A DNA stretch of 64,000 nucleotides from Fibrobacterales bacterium (GCA_051532035.1 JAOPTW010000013.1:32001-96000), one strand, 5' to 3'. Counted from the first letter of the stretch, positions 11,112 through 21,504 are shown. The notes: generated by a model from the letters alone, not told the origin. Program-made: numbers and translations.

Positions 11112-11516
11112 TTAAATATATTTACATCTTTCAAGAGCTGTTTCATAGTTATCTACTTCAATAATCTTTAAACCGCAGGGATCTGTAATGATATTATACG
11201 ATGAAACTACCGGTTCTGTTATTGAATTTTTTTTAGGAAATATAAATATACAACTCTTTATACCAGCGTTTTTAAAGTCATCAAAAATTGTACCATAAAA
11301 AACTTCAGCAATAACTTTTAATCCCATACAAGATTCAATAGGCATGTTTACTATCCAGCCCAATCCTCCATTACGCTTTGCAAAACTAAGACCTTGATCC
11401 ACAATAGCATTTAAAAACCCTTCAAAGGTTATTTCAGAACTTACCCAAACATCTTCAATAACTTTCAGTTCATCATGCCACACACCTGTCACCACATCGG
11501 TATTTTCATAAATCAC
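11112..11516 (-). CDS. Hypothetical cytoplasmic protein (possibly STAS/SEC14-like)
   Basis: 134-aa ORF with GTG start and GAAGG RBS, directly downstream of a sigma54 promoter. Confidence 0.7.
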   Translation of the reverse strand: MIYENTDVVTGVWHDELKVIEDVWVSSEITFEGFLNAIVDQGLSFAKRNGGLGWIVNMPIESCMGLKVIAEVFYGTIFDDFKNAGIKSCIFIFPKKNSITEPVVSSYNIITDPCGLKIIEVDNYETALERCKYI

Positions 11517-11577
11517 AATTGTACCTTCTTTTTTTAGATACTAAAATGTATGACAACATTGAGTACATTTAATATCA

Positions 11578-11593
11578 AGCAAACGTTATGCCA
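11578..11593 (-). promoter_or_regulatory. sigma54 (-24/-12) promoter
   Basis: Minus strand TGGCATAACGTTTGCT, near-consensus TGGCAC-N5-TTGC. Confidence 0.85.
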
Positions 11594-11665
11594 ACAGACC
11601 TGAAGGGGAACTATGCATAATTTTCACATTTTATCCATTACAAACTAAAGTTTTAAAAGTTGATT

Positions 11666-11700
11666 TTCTAATATTTGGAAGGACATTCTATTTATTGAAA
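11666..11700. promoter_or_regulatory. Two TTCTA-N5-TAGAA-like palindromes
   Basis: TTCTAATATTTGGAA 11666-11680, TTCTATTTATTGAAA 11686-11700. Confidence 0.65.
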
Positions 11701-11793
11701 ACATACAGAATATAGAAGTAATTATTTGGGGAGTATGCAATAACGATAAAAGGTAAGGGTACTCTACTTTTGTATCTTTTGAGGTTCTCTATT

Positions 11794-13932
11794 TCAAGGA
11801 ATATCGTTAAGATTTATCTGAAAACGTTCCATATCTATAATCATAGCTACAGTACCGTCGCCCATAAGAGCACCTCCAGTAAAATGAGTATTGACTTCAT
11901 CTACCCCTGCTATTTTTTTAACCACCATTTGACTGATACTATCAACTGAATCAACCGCAACAGCGATTGGGCCAGAGGTCAATTCTAATTCGACAATAAT
12001 CTTATCTTTGAGTGTGTCAAAACTTTTCTCTTTGGTGCATTTTAGATACAGAGAACTAAAGCGTACGAGTGGAATAACTTGATTATTTGAGAGGACTCCT
12101 TCACCGGTTCCTTTAACAGTGCAATACTGATTTTTCTCAGGCTTATAACAACTAATAACCTGCTTCACCGGTAATACAAACTTACTATTCTGTTCATTAA
12201 CAATATACCCGTTTATTACTTGAGTACTTACACTTGAAGGAATTGCAATAGTAAATATGGAGCCAGCATTATCTTTAGTATCCACCGAAATAGTTCCTCC
12301 CGCCTGAACGATATTCTGTCGAACCACATCCATACCCACTCCCCGACCGGAAACATCTGAAACCTCCTGAGCAGTTGATACACCTGGTCTAAAGAGAAGA
12401 TCAATAAGATCACCTTCCTTAAGAGTATCCTTTGGCCCGATAATTCCCATGGAACGTGCTTTCTTTTCCAGCGCCTGAACATTGATTCCAGCACCGTCAT
12501 CTTTTATTGTAAGAGTAATAACTCCAGCATCACTTTCAGCAGAAATTGAAATGGTTCCCTTCTGTAATTTTCCATTTTCATTGCGGATATCAGGTAATTC
12601 AATGCCATGATCAGCTGCATTTCGTACCATATGCACTAGAGGTGCCTCAAGGATATCAATAAGTGACTTGTCAACCATCAGCTCTTTCCCCTTGATCTCA
12701 ACATGTATCTCTTTTGATTTTACTTTAGCAACATCTCTTACGATACGGTTCATCTTGTCGAGCACCCCACCCATGGGGAGTTTTCTAATCTCCATCACAC
12801 TTTTAAGCAATGTATTTGAAAGATCATCTAACATTCCGTTTATCCGGTACATATTAACCGCTTCAGTGTGAGCAGCTTCATTTTTATGAAGATTAACATA
12901 CAAATAGGAATACATTTCTCGTACTGTTACCAACTCTCCAACCAGACTGAGAAAAGTATCAATACTTTTTTCCGGAATCCTCATTGTTTTATTTTTTTCT
13001 AATTGAGTCTTTTCTTGATTTATAGGTGCTTCTGCTGTTGTATTCTCTTCTACCTTAGATACATCATTTTGTACTTTCTCTTTTGAGTCACTGATTTCAG
13101 AGTTTCCAAACTTAGGCGACTCCGGCATAGACCATTGTGCCTTATCGGCTATAATTATAAGGTGCTCCACCATAGATGCACGAGTTACCCCATCACCAAT
13201 TCCTATAGTATTCGCAAGCAGTTTGAGTTCTAAAATCATCGAATCTATATACTGCTGTATTTCCTCAGAATCCACGAATCCATGGCATTCTAAGATCAAT
13301 GCATTACACCGGTTAAAGTCCGGCTTATTCTCTTTATTGGTAAACTGAACATAGAGCTCTTGCATAAATTGCGGGGCATTTTTTCCCGGCGGCTTACATA
13401 CAGCATGGAATGCCCATCTGCCAGCATCACTGGTCTGTGCAAGTTTTCCTCCTATTTTTAGTATTTCAGGATCATCAACTACATAACTAAGAAGCTGTTT
13501 CCACAATAATTCTTCGTCATCTTTGCCCAGTGCCTGGATATGTTGAATGGTTCTGAGCAGCTCTTCGTATTCAGCAGCTGACTCTATTTCAGATTCATTT
13601 TGTAAAACACGGTGAAACATACAGTTCAGTGTATCGATTCCCAAAAGCAGTGAATCAATAGTTATTTTATTTATAGCTGCCTGTCCGGTTCGTATGTTGT
13701 CTAATACCGTTTCAAGTTCATGGGCTAGTTCGGTAACTTTAATCAGACCAAAAAATGAGGCATTCCCCTTCATTGTGTGTACCGGGCGAAATATTTCTTC
13801 AATCAACTCCATGTTAGAAGGTGCATTTTCGAGAGAGATAAGTAAATTTGAGACTGCATCAAGTGCTTCTATTGATTCATCAATAAATTCAACTTTCAGA
13901 GATGGATCAACCTGTAAATCTATAACGCCCAT
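11794..13932 (-). CDS. cheA: Chemotaxis histidine kinase CheA
   Basis: Hpt IFRPVHTMKG, dimerisation LVGELV, HMVRNAADHGIE, SGRGVGMDVV, C-terminal CheW-like domain. Confidence 0.97.
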   Translation of the reverse strand: MGVIDLQVDPSLKVEFIDESIEALDAVSNLLISLENAPSNMELIEEIFRPVHTMKGNASFFGLIKVTELAHELETVLDNIRTGQAAINKITIDSLLLGIDTLNCMFHRVLQNESEIESAAEYEELLRTIQHIQALGKDDEELLWKQLLSYVVDDPEILKIGGKLAQTSDAGRWAFHAVCKPPGKNAPQFMQELYVQFTNKENKPDFNRCNALILECHGFVDSEEIQQYIDSMILELKLLANTIGIGDGVTRASMVEHLIIIADKAQWSMPESPKFGNSEISDSKEKVQNDVSKVEENTTAEAPINQEKTQLEKNKTMRIPEKSIDTFLSLVGELVTVREMYSYLYVNLHKNEAAHTEAVNMYRINGMLDDLSNTLLKSVMEIRKLPMGGVLDKMNRIVRDVAKVKSKEIHVEIKGKELMVDKSLIDILEAPLVHMVRNAADHGIELPDIRNENGKLQKGTISISAESDAGVITLTIKDDGAGINVQALEKKARSMGIIGPKDTLKEGDLIDLLFRPGVSTAQEVSDVSGRGVGMDVVRQNIVQAGGTISVDTKDNAGSIFTIAIPSSVSTQVINGYIVNEQNSKFVLPVKQVISCYKPEKNQYCTVKGTGEGVLSNNQVIPLVRFSSLYLKCTKEKSFDTLKDKIIVELELTSGPIAVAVDSVDSISQMVVKKIAGVDEVNTHFTGGALMGDGTVAMIIDMERFQINLNDIP

Positions 13933-13933
13933 A

Positions 13934-14371
13934 TCACCCTTTTTTTACTGGGTTTAGTCCACGTAGCTCCAGAAATTTTGTATTCCAGGTAAATAGAGAT
14001 TGCATAGCAGTATTTACTGCATTCTCCAGTTCTTCAAGATCATTCAGTGGCTTGAAAATAAAGGTCTCTGCCTGATTTTTCATACACTCCAGAGCATTAT
14101 CCAACGTCACATACCCCGACATCATAATGACCCGCAGCATAGGGTACTTATTTCGTATCTCTTTAAGGAGTGCTACCCCATTCATTTCGGGCATTATAAT
14201 ATCGCTAATGACAACATCAAACTGTTTTTCATTCATTAACCTTAGTGCCTCCACTCCATTGTTCGCAGTCTCGACGGCATGCCCCAACAGTTTAAAGTTA
14301 CGTGAAAGCATCTCACAAATTTCCTGTTCATCATCAACTATCAGTAGCCTGCCCAGAAGATTAATCTTCAT
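13934..14371 (-). CDS. Single-domain response regulator
   Basis: LIVDDE, SDIIMPEMNG, MMSG, FKP receiver motifs. Confidence 0.93.
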   Translation of the reverse strand: MKINLLGRLLIVDDEQEICEMLSRNFKLLGHAVETANNGVEALRLMNEKQFDVVISDIIMPEMNGVALLKEIRNKYPMLRVIMMSGYVTLDNALECMKNQAETFIFKPLNDLEELENAVNTAMQSLFTWNTKFLELRGLNPVKKG

Positions 14372-15596
14372 ATTTTATCCTCAATGATTCAGTAAAAGAA
14401 TGTACCAGTGGAAGAATAATTGTAAAACACGCCCCACCACTTTCGATGTTTGCCACCGTAATAGATCCATCATGTTCCTCAATGAGCCCTTTAGAAATAG
14501 AAAGTCCGAGTCCAGTTCCGCTACTTTTATCTTTAGTAGTAAAAAAAGGATCAAAAATGCTAATCAAAATATCTTCAGGGATACCCGGACCGTTATCTCG
14601 TAGCAGTAATACCAATAAACCATCCTGAATTGAGTGCTCTATTTCCATGCGCGGATCCTGTGTACCACTCAAAGCATCTGCTGCATTAGTTGCAAGGTTT
14701 ACAATAACCTGGGAGATTTGAGTGATGTCTGCCCGAATAATTATATCATCAACTATTGGCGATACAGCAATATCTATTCGGTTTTTAATTGGACGACACA
14801 TCTCAACTGCTTCATATATCACATCCTTGAATTTCACCTCTTTTTTTTCGGATTTATCCTGACGGGAGTAGGACTTCAGCCCTTTAACGATTTCGGTAAT
14901 TCTTTCAACACCTTTTTTTATACCCTCAATCATATTGGGAATCTCTTCGGTAATCATCGATATCTGAGGTATTGTCTGCACCATTCTTTCATGATCAAGA
15001 TGTGGAGCGATAAGGTTCCAGGCGCGCGCTATAGTCTGTACATTACCCGATATGAATGAGGTTGGATTATTAATTTCATGAGCAATCCCGGCAGACATAA
15101 TCCCCAATGTAACCATCCGATCAGCATGAACAAGTTGAACTGCACGTTCCTGAGCAAGGTGTTCCATTTTTTCAGCATATTTTTTAATTTTTTCAGTTGT
15201 CACCGATACTTTATGTTCATAGTTAGCAATACGCATACCTACTTGTACCTTATTGAGAATTTCCTCCTCAATAAGTGGTTTAGTGAGGTAGTCGTCCGCT
15301 CCCGCATTAAATCCTGCAGCTTTATCGGTAAGGCTAGTACGTGAGGTCAGTAGTAAAACATAGGTATATGGGTATGATGATTCTTCGCGTGCACGTATTT
15401 TACTTAACAGTTCAACCCCGCTTAATCCCGGCATCTCCCAATCCGTTAGTATAATACTGTATTTTTTACCCGCTTCAAGAAGTGCCCACGCATCGCTACC
15501 ATTATCAACCTTAGTAACGATATATTCATGTCTCTGCAGTATTGCTTCGAGCATAATACGCGTCGGTAACTCATCTTCGACTATTAGAATTTCCAT
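14361..15596 (-). CDS. Cytoplasmic REC-histidine kinase
   Basis: N-terminal receiver (IVEDE, TDWEMP), AHEINNP H-box, DNGPG, GTGLGL; ATG 15596 chosen as start. Confidence 0.93.
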   Translation of the reverse strand: MEILIVEDELPTRIMLEAILQRHEYIVTKVDNGSDAWALLEAGKKYSIILTDWEMPGLSGVELLSKIRAREESSYPYTYVLLLTSRTSLTDKAAGFNAGADDYLTKPLIEEEILNKVQVGMRIANYEHKVSVTTEKIKKYAEKMEHLAQERAVQLVHADRMVTLGIMSAGIAHEINNPTSFISGNVQTIARAWNLIAPHLDHERMVQTIPQISMITEEIPNMIEGIKKGVERITEIVKGLKSYSRQDKSEKKEVKFKDVIYEAVEMCRPIKNRIDIAVSPIVDDIIIRADITQISQVIVNLATNAADALSGTQDPRMEIEHSIQDGLLVLLLRDNGPGIPEDILISIFDPFFTTKDKSSGTGLGLSISKGLIEEHDGSITVANIESGGACFTIILPLVHSFTESLRIKYED

Positions 15597-15600
15597 ACCC

Positions 15601-16890
15601 CTACTCACCAAATCCTTTTACATCGGAAAAAACCAAAGTAAACTTACTTCCTTTACCCGGTGTACTTGTTACGAGTATATCCCCGCCCTGTTCTGTCATT
15701 AGGGCTTTACAAAGACCCAATCCAATTCCAGTTCCCTTTTCTCCAGCCGTTCCGTACGTTGTGTAATTATCAGAGCCTTTGAATATACGTTCAATTACTT
15801 CTGGATCAATGCCATTACCAGTATCTGTAATGCTAAGTTCTGTACTGTCTCCCTTGATACTACTGGTAAATTCAATCCCCCCCCCTTTTTGACTAAATTT
15901 TATAGCATTACTCAAAAGATTTGAAAGAACAATTGTTACTGCTCTCTGGTCTGTTGATAAAGTTTCTGTTTCACGTATGTCATTTTGAACCACCACACCC
16001 TTATGCTCAATAAGCAACCTGAACGAATTAATCACATCACCAACAATGAGTGAAGATGAAAAAGTGGTTACCTCACCTTTTTGATTATCCTTTTTTAGTA
16101 GGCACCAGTTCAAAAGATTTTCAAGAAGAAGCTTTATACTTGTGGTATTAATTAACAGCGCATCATTGAATGTATCTAATGTTTCCCTATCAAATACTTC
16201 TCTATTCTCTTTTGCATACGAGAGACTCTCAATTACACCGTTTATGGGGCTTTTAAGGTCATGGGCAATAACGCCATAGAGCATATCTTTTGCGCTATTT
16301 GCCTCTTTGAGATACAATCTCTGTCGATCTACAGTCTCAAATTTTAAAATCAGAATATTATGCATTCGTTCAAACACCATAATAATTGTAATACCGAACA
16401 AAACCACAGATACAGCAGCAAGTAACCATGAAGTAAAGCTATCGATATAGACGGCATAAGAAATCATAGGTGGAATAATTTTATTAGCTAAGGCCCAACC
16501 AACAATGAGAGTAAGGACACTTCCGAATAAAATAATCCCAAGACCTACTTTGTAATCTATAAGTACTGCAGCTAAAATTGCAGCTGTGATCAGAAGCAGT
16601 AGACTTGTCCCCAACAAACCATGAGTGAGTATATCTGCTATGGCTGCTACAAACCCTATGCTAATTATCGTCCATGCTTTAAATAAATAAGAAAAAACAT
16701 GTTGGAATTTATACAGAACAATAAAAGAAAACATTGCTATTGCATGAATGATCATAATCGGCATCCAGCCTGTGGTAAAAATCCTCAAAAACGAAACCAT
16801 CACCGCAACAATTGTCAAGACAGTAATAATTTTTAACACATAATTTAACTGCTTATTTCGTTCATTAATAATAGTGTTATTAAATGCCAT
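15601..16890 (-). CDS. Membrane sensor histidine kinase (multi-TM N-terminus)
   Basis: About six hydrophobic segments, IAHDLKSP, NLLSNAIKF, DTGNG, GTGIGL. Confidence 0.93.
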   Translation of the reverse strand: MAFNNTIINERNKQLNYVLKIITVLTIVAVMVSFLRIFTTGWMPIMIIHAIAMFSFIVLYKFQHVFSYLFKAWTIISIGFVAAIADILTHGLLGTSLLLLITAAILAAVLIDYKVGLGIILFGSVLTLIVGWALANKIIPPMISYAVYIDSFTSWLLAAVSVVLFGITIIMVFERMHNILILKFETVDRQRLYLKEANSAKDMLYGVIAHDLKSPINGVIESLSYAKENREVFDRETLDTFNDALLINTTSIKLLLENLLNWCLLKKDNQKGEVTTFSSSLIVGDVINSFRLLIEHKGVVVQNDIRETETLSTDQRAVTIVLSNLLSNAIKFSQKGGGIEFTSSIKGDSTELSITDTGNGIDPEVIERIFKGSDNYTTYGTAGEKGTGIGLGLCKALMTEQGGDILVTSTPGKGSKFTLVFSDVKGFGE

Positions 16891-16929
16891 ACCACTCCCC
16901 CAAAAAAATATAAAGTTTCAAACACCTCA

Positions 16930-17799
16930 TCAGCAAGATACCTCTTTTTGTATTTGATAATCAGCGTGCAGCTCTTCTATAAGCACCTCGACCTCTGGCT
17001 CCGTCGCTTTTAAACCATCCATAATCTGTTCACGGTTTTGAAACCAGCTAAAAGGCTCATTGAGCAAGTGTATTTTTGAATAGATATATTCAGAAAGTTG
17101 CAGCAGCAAAACAGTTTCTTTTATTTTTTTCTTCAAACTTTCATCTTTTATTAAAGAAAAATCATTCTCCAGATCTGTTGAATGATGATAATAGATAGAG
17201 TAGTAGATAAACTCCGGAAGGTTCCACCTTTTTGCGAGGTAATACCCTACCACAGAATGGTCAAGACAATACATCTTATCCTCGTATTTAGTTATTGACT
17301 GTTCATTATTGAATACATTTTCTAAATACCTTTTTAAATACTCAGCACTCCGTTCGGTAAGTGATGGTACTCCGCAATTTGAAAGAAGCGCAGTTGCGTA
17401 AACTTCATCTGGTTCGATACGGGTATATCGCTTGGCCAAATGTGTAGCAATTATGCTTAAATGATTTGATTGCTCCCAAAATACATCCAGCTCCTTGTCT
17501 CCATTGTAAAGGGCCTGTCTCATGCAAAAACAATTAACCAGATTACCTAGGTTTTTAAGTCCCATGAGCATAATAGCCTGCTGTACTGAAGTAACATTAT
17601 ACTCCAGACCAAAAGCAGCGGAATTGACCGTACGTAATATTGATGCAACCAACGCCATATCTTGCTGCAAAATATTGGTGATAATGGTAATTTCACATTC
17701 TTGGCTTCTACACGTTGCCAGAAACTGTACCAAAACATCAGGTTGCGCTGGTATTTCTATGCTATTCAGCATTAAAGTGGTTAGTTTACTCAGTTCCAT
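16930..17799 (-). CDS. HDOD domain protein
   Basis: IPAQP..L, QDMALVASILRTVNSAAFG, FWEQS, DHSVVGYYLAKRWNLP; start ATG 17799 after AAGGA. Confidence 0.9.
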   Translation of the reverse strand: MELSKLTTLMLNSIEIPAQPDVLVQFLATCRSQECEITIITNILQQDMALVASILRTVNSAAFGLEYNVTSVQQAIMLMGLKNLGNLVNCFCMRQALYNGDKELDVFWEQSNHLSIIATHLAKRYTRIEPDEVYATALLSNCGVPSLTERSAEYLKRYLENVFNNEQSITKYEDKMYCLDHSVVGYYLAKRWNLPEFIYYSIYYHHSTDLENDFSLIKDESLKKKIKETVLLLQLSEYIYSKIHLLNEPFSWFQNREQIMDGLKATEPEVEVLIEELHADYQIQKEVSC

Positions 17800-17919
17800 T
17801 GTAAGTCCTTTATTTTGTTCTATAACTTTACCATGTATTCTCGTCATTTCTTTGACAATGCTAATACTCCAATCCTATAGCCGACTAATTTCTGGTTCTC
17901 CTTGTAATTTCACTTCCAA

Positions 17920-19836
17920 TTAGAAACTACTCAACTCATTTGAAGGTGAAAATGCTATTGCTGGAGTACGAGTACTCGCAAGGCCTGCTCCAATTTTGGT
18001 CATCATTGTATTATTTGAGCCAACTATGTTCGTCCCTTCAACGAGTCCAACAAGCTCCTGCACCATATCAGACAATTCAATTGACTGAGCAGACAACTCT
18101 TCTCCTGCTGCTGCCGACTCCTCAGCAACTGCGGCATTTGATTGTGTAACTTCATCAAGACTACCAACGCTATCATTAACCTGACCAATCCCCTGTGCCT
18201 GTTCACTACTCGCAGTCGCGACCTCTGCTACAAGTTCATTGACCTTGCCCGTCGAAATCACTATCTCTTTTAAAATTGTATCAACTTCTTTTGAAACAAT
18301 CACACCATTCTCTGTATTTATTTGTGATTCTTCTATAAGCTGAGTCGTACTTTTAGCTGCCTCTGCACTGCGCAACGCAAGGTTTCGTACTTCTTCGGCA
18401 ACAACTGCAAACCCCTTACCAGCATCCCCTGCACGGGCAGCTTCTACAGCGGCGTTCAAAGCCAGCAGATTTGTCTGAAATGCCACATCTTCAATTGACT
18501 TAATTATTTTAGCAGTTTCATCACTCGATTGTTTTATTTTTTCAATTGCCTCACTCATACGGTACATTGCATCTACACCACTTCCCGCACCAAGTTGTGC
18601 TTCTTTTGCGAGACTATTAGCCTGCTCTGTATTAGTCGCATTCTGTTTGGTCATAGATGACATTTCCTCAAGACTACTCGATATTTCTTCGAGGCTTGCC
18701 GCCTGAGTAATTGCTCCCAATGACATTTCCTGCCCAGAACTCGCCACCTGTCCTGCGGCAGAATTTACTTGATCAGAACCGGCCGATAAAGAACCGATTA
18801 TTCTATTTATCGGTTTAGTAATTGATCGCACAATATAAAACACAAGTGCCAACACTGAGACTATTACGAGTAACACAGCCACAACCAATGTTATAAGTTC
18901 ACCCATTGCATCACTGCTCAAACCTTCCGCCCGAAGCGAAACTGCAGAAGCGAGTTCATCCTCTACCTCTTTGAGAAGGTTTATTTTTTGAGTAATACTG
19001 CTAAACCAATAATTGGGATCAATACCAAAATTTGACTCGCCATCCTCTCTTTTTTTAGCATCACTGTGTGCAAATGCCATGTCCCGCATTTTTTGTACAT
19101 CCGCTACCACCGGAGCAGACATTTTTTGATTATAAAATTCTAACTGACTTTGGGTTGCATTATCAAAAAAGATATTGGTATAGGTCTCCTGAGCTGCAAC
19201 GAGGGTGGTGAATTTACGGAAAAACCCATCAGGGAAATACCCCTTTGCAAAAGTATTACTCATAACCGCACGTTCAATACCGGCGCGTTCTTTGCCTTGT
19301 ATGAAACCAAGAAAGCCCCCTGATATACGAGCCATATCTGCATTCTTATTCTCTTCTGAAACCAGCTGTACCACTTTGAGCATTTTAGCATTGTGAACGG
19401 TATAGCTTTGGATAGCCTTTTGAGCAGCAATAGACATATTATCAATTTTTGGCCGTAATGAACTAAAGCCGTTCAGCAATGTAAGTGCTGCATCTACACC
19501 CTGCTTCAATTGCGGTTTATAGTCTTCATATGCTATATCCTGACAATATTCTTTTAGAGCTGCAGCTCGTTTATCAGTCAGGTTTCTTTGTTGGGCCAGC
19601 TCTGTAACAAATTTAGTGCCGTTGCTTCCTAAAAAACCGGCTGTCCTTCCACGCTCTTTTTGTGTTTCATGTATCAGCAACCGTACATGATTAGTGAGGT
19701 TTTCTAGTGCGATGACACGTCCCATATCGTTCACCATTCCATATTTGCCAACTATGGCATTAACCATAAATAAAATTGCTACTATCAATGGTATAGTAGC
19801 AACAAGCACTATTTTTCCTTTTAGACTTTTTAACAT
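17920..19836 (-). CDS. Methyl-accepting chemotaxis protein with NIT (nitrate/nitrite-sensing family) domain
   Basis: HETQKERG..AGFLGS and KERAGIERA NIT motifs between two TM helices; [17 protein letters not shown] signalling tip. Confidence 0.93.
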   Translation of the reverse strand: MLKSLKGKIVLVATIPLIVAILFMVNAIVGKYGMVNDMGRVIALENLTNHVRLLIHETQKERGRTAGFLGSNGTKFVTELAQQRNLTDKRAAALKEYCQDIAYEDYKPQLKQGVDAALTLLNGFSSLRPKIDNMSIAAQKAIQSYTVHNAKMLKVVQLVSEENKNADMARISGGFLGFIQGKERAGIERAVMSNTFAKGYFPDGFFRKFTTLVAAQETYTNIFFDNATQSQLEFYNQKMSAPVVADVQKMRDMAFAHSDAKKREDGESNFGIDPNYWFSSITQKINLLKEVEDELASAVSLRAEGLSSDAMGELITLVVAVLLVIVSVLALVFYIVRSITKPINRIIGSLSAGSDQVNSAAGQVASSGQEMSLGAITQAASLEEISSSLEEMSSMTKQNATNTEQANSLAKEAQLGAGSGVDAMYRMSEAIEKIKQSSDETAKIIKSIEDVAFQTNLLALNAAVEAARAGDAGKGFAVVAEEVRNLALRSAEAAKSTTQLIEESQINTENGVIVSKEVDTILKEIVISTGKVNELVAEVATASSEQAQGIGQVNDSVGSLDEVTQSNAAVAEESAAAGEELSAQSIELSDMVQELVGLVEGTNIVGSNNTMMTKIGAGLASTRTPAIAFSPSNELSSF

Positions 19837-19928
19837 TTTGTACCTCAACTCCTACTGTATTATTTCAACTACTTTTTGCGTTAATTTCACAACTATCTAT
19901 ATGATACCTGTATACATAGTTGTACTAA

Positions 19929-19944
19929 AGCGATATACGTGCCA
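19929..19944 (-). promoter_or_regulatory. sigma54 (-24/-12) promoter upstream of the NIT chemoreceptor operon
   Basis: Minus strand TGGCACGTATATCGCT. Confidence 0.85.
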
Positions 19945-20004
19945 TTTAGTAAAGTCCGTTAATTTTTGAAATAAACTTGATTTGAGATTAAAAGATATAA
20001 GAGC

Positions 20005-20089
20005 TTCTATTTATTAGAAAATTCTGACCATTCCTGAAGCAATAGAGAGATGAGTATATTCTAAATTTTAGAATTTCTACTTTTTAGAA
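20005..20089. promoter_or_regulatory. Three perfect TTCTA-N5-TAGAA palindromes
   Basis: TTCTATTTATTAGAA 20005-20019, TTCTAAATTTTAGAA 20059-20073, TTCTACTTTTTAGAA 20075-20089. Confidence 0.8.
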
Positions 20090-20112
20090 AATTATTTTCA
20101 GACTGATTCAGG

Positions 20113-21474
20113 TTACAAATTCAGCTGTTTCCAGCAGGAATATACTGTTTGATTTGAAACTCCAAGGAGTTTTGCAGCATCGACTTTATTGCCATTACAT
20201 TTGTGAACAGCCATTCGTATAACAGTTTTTTTTATTTCATCCATGGTGGGGAATCCATCGCATTTAAAAATAAATTCATCCTCGATATTCTCTCCTGCAG
20301 ACATATCAATTTCATGACTAACGACCGCAAGACTTCCGGACAATACTGCATCAGCTACAATTCCCTCGAGCTCCCGCACATTACCGGCAAGGGGATGATT
20401 TGTTAAGTGACGTATAAGATTGCGAGAAAACATCTCCCCACCTTCTACTTCTTCACCGTTTAAATATTTATTTATAAAATGATGCACCAATAAAGGTATA
20501 TCCTCAAGGCGGTCACGCATGGCAGGCAATTTAATCCTATGTGCTTTCAGTCTAAAATAGAGGTCCTTACGAAAACCTGGCTTATCTTCTAGGGCACAAT
20601 GTGTTGCAACAATTATCCATGCATTACTCTTTTTGGGAACATCAGAACCAATGGGAAAATATTCACCTTCCTGAATAAGCCGCAACAACTTTACCTGAGA
20701 TTCGGCCGAAAGGTCACCAATCTCATCAAGGAACAAAGTACCACCGTTAGCTTTTTCAATTAGACCGGCACGTACAGTATCAGCCCCAGTAAACGCACCC
20801 TTTTTGTGTCCAAACAGTGTATCTGAAAATGCAGCATCATCAATTCCCGCAACGTTACAACAGACAAATATTTCTTTGGGGCTTCGCAGGCTATGCAACG
20901 CCTGCGCCATAAGCTCTTTACCGGTACCAGTTTCACCATTTATCATGACTGGTAATGGTGAAACTGCCACCATTTCAGCATATGAAAAAATAGACTGCAT
21001 TTTATTTGACTGAGTAACGAGTTCTTTAAATACATCAGGCTTGTCTACAGTACCTTCAATTAACTTTTTTCTAATTGTCTGATTTTCATTTTTAAGAGCT
21101 ATTACTTTTGATGAGTTTTTAAGAGTGGTTATAAGCCGCTTGTTATCGAGAGGCTTAATCATATAATCTTTCGCACCCAATTTCATACACTCAATAATCA
21201 TATCCGTCTCAGTATTTGCAGATATGATTATCACCAGAATATCTGGGTGTTCGTGGATTATTTGCTTCAACAGTTCCACACCTGATAAGCCGGGCATAGA
21301 GAGGTCTAGTAAAATTATATCTGTGTCATTTTCATTGAGATAGTTCGGAACTGCTTTACTGTCTGAAAGCGAAGAAACGTTTGAAAACCCTGCAAATTCC
21401 ATAGCAATGGAAGCACTATTGATAAAGCTTTTTTCATCATCTATTATGAGAACTTTTTCAGATATTTTTACCAT
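20113..21474 (-). CDS. sigma54-dependent response regulator (NtrC family REC-AAA+-HTH)
   Basis: IIDDE/LLDLSMP receiver, GETGTGKE Walker A, GAFTGA, LFLDEIG, GNVRELE, C-terminal Fis-type HTH. Confidence 0.97.
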   Translation of the reverse strand: MVKISEKVLIIDDEKSFINSASIAMEFAGFSNVSSLSDSKAVPNYLNENDTDIILLDLSMPGLSGVELLKQIIHEHPDILVIIISANTETDMIIECMKLGAKDYMIKPLDNKRLITTLKNSSKVIALKNENQTIRKKLIEGTVDKPDVFKELVTQSNKMQSIFSYAEMVAVSPLPVMINGETGTGKELMAQALHSLRSPKEIFVCCNVAGIDDAAFSDTLFGHKKGAFTGADTVRAGLIEKANGGTLFLDEIGDLSAESQVKLLRLIQEGEYFPIGSDVPKKSNAWIIVATHCALEDKPGFRKDLYFRLKAHRIKLPAMRDRLEDIPLLVHHFINKYLNGEEVEGGEMFSRNLIRHLTNHPLAGNVRELEGIVADAVLSGSLAVVSHEIDMSAGENIEDEFIFKCDGFPTMDEIKKTVIRMAVHKCNGNKVDAAKLLGVSNQTVYSCWKQLNL

Positions 21475-21504
21475 ATACTTTGTACCACAATTACATCATC
21501 ACTT

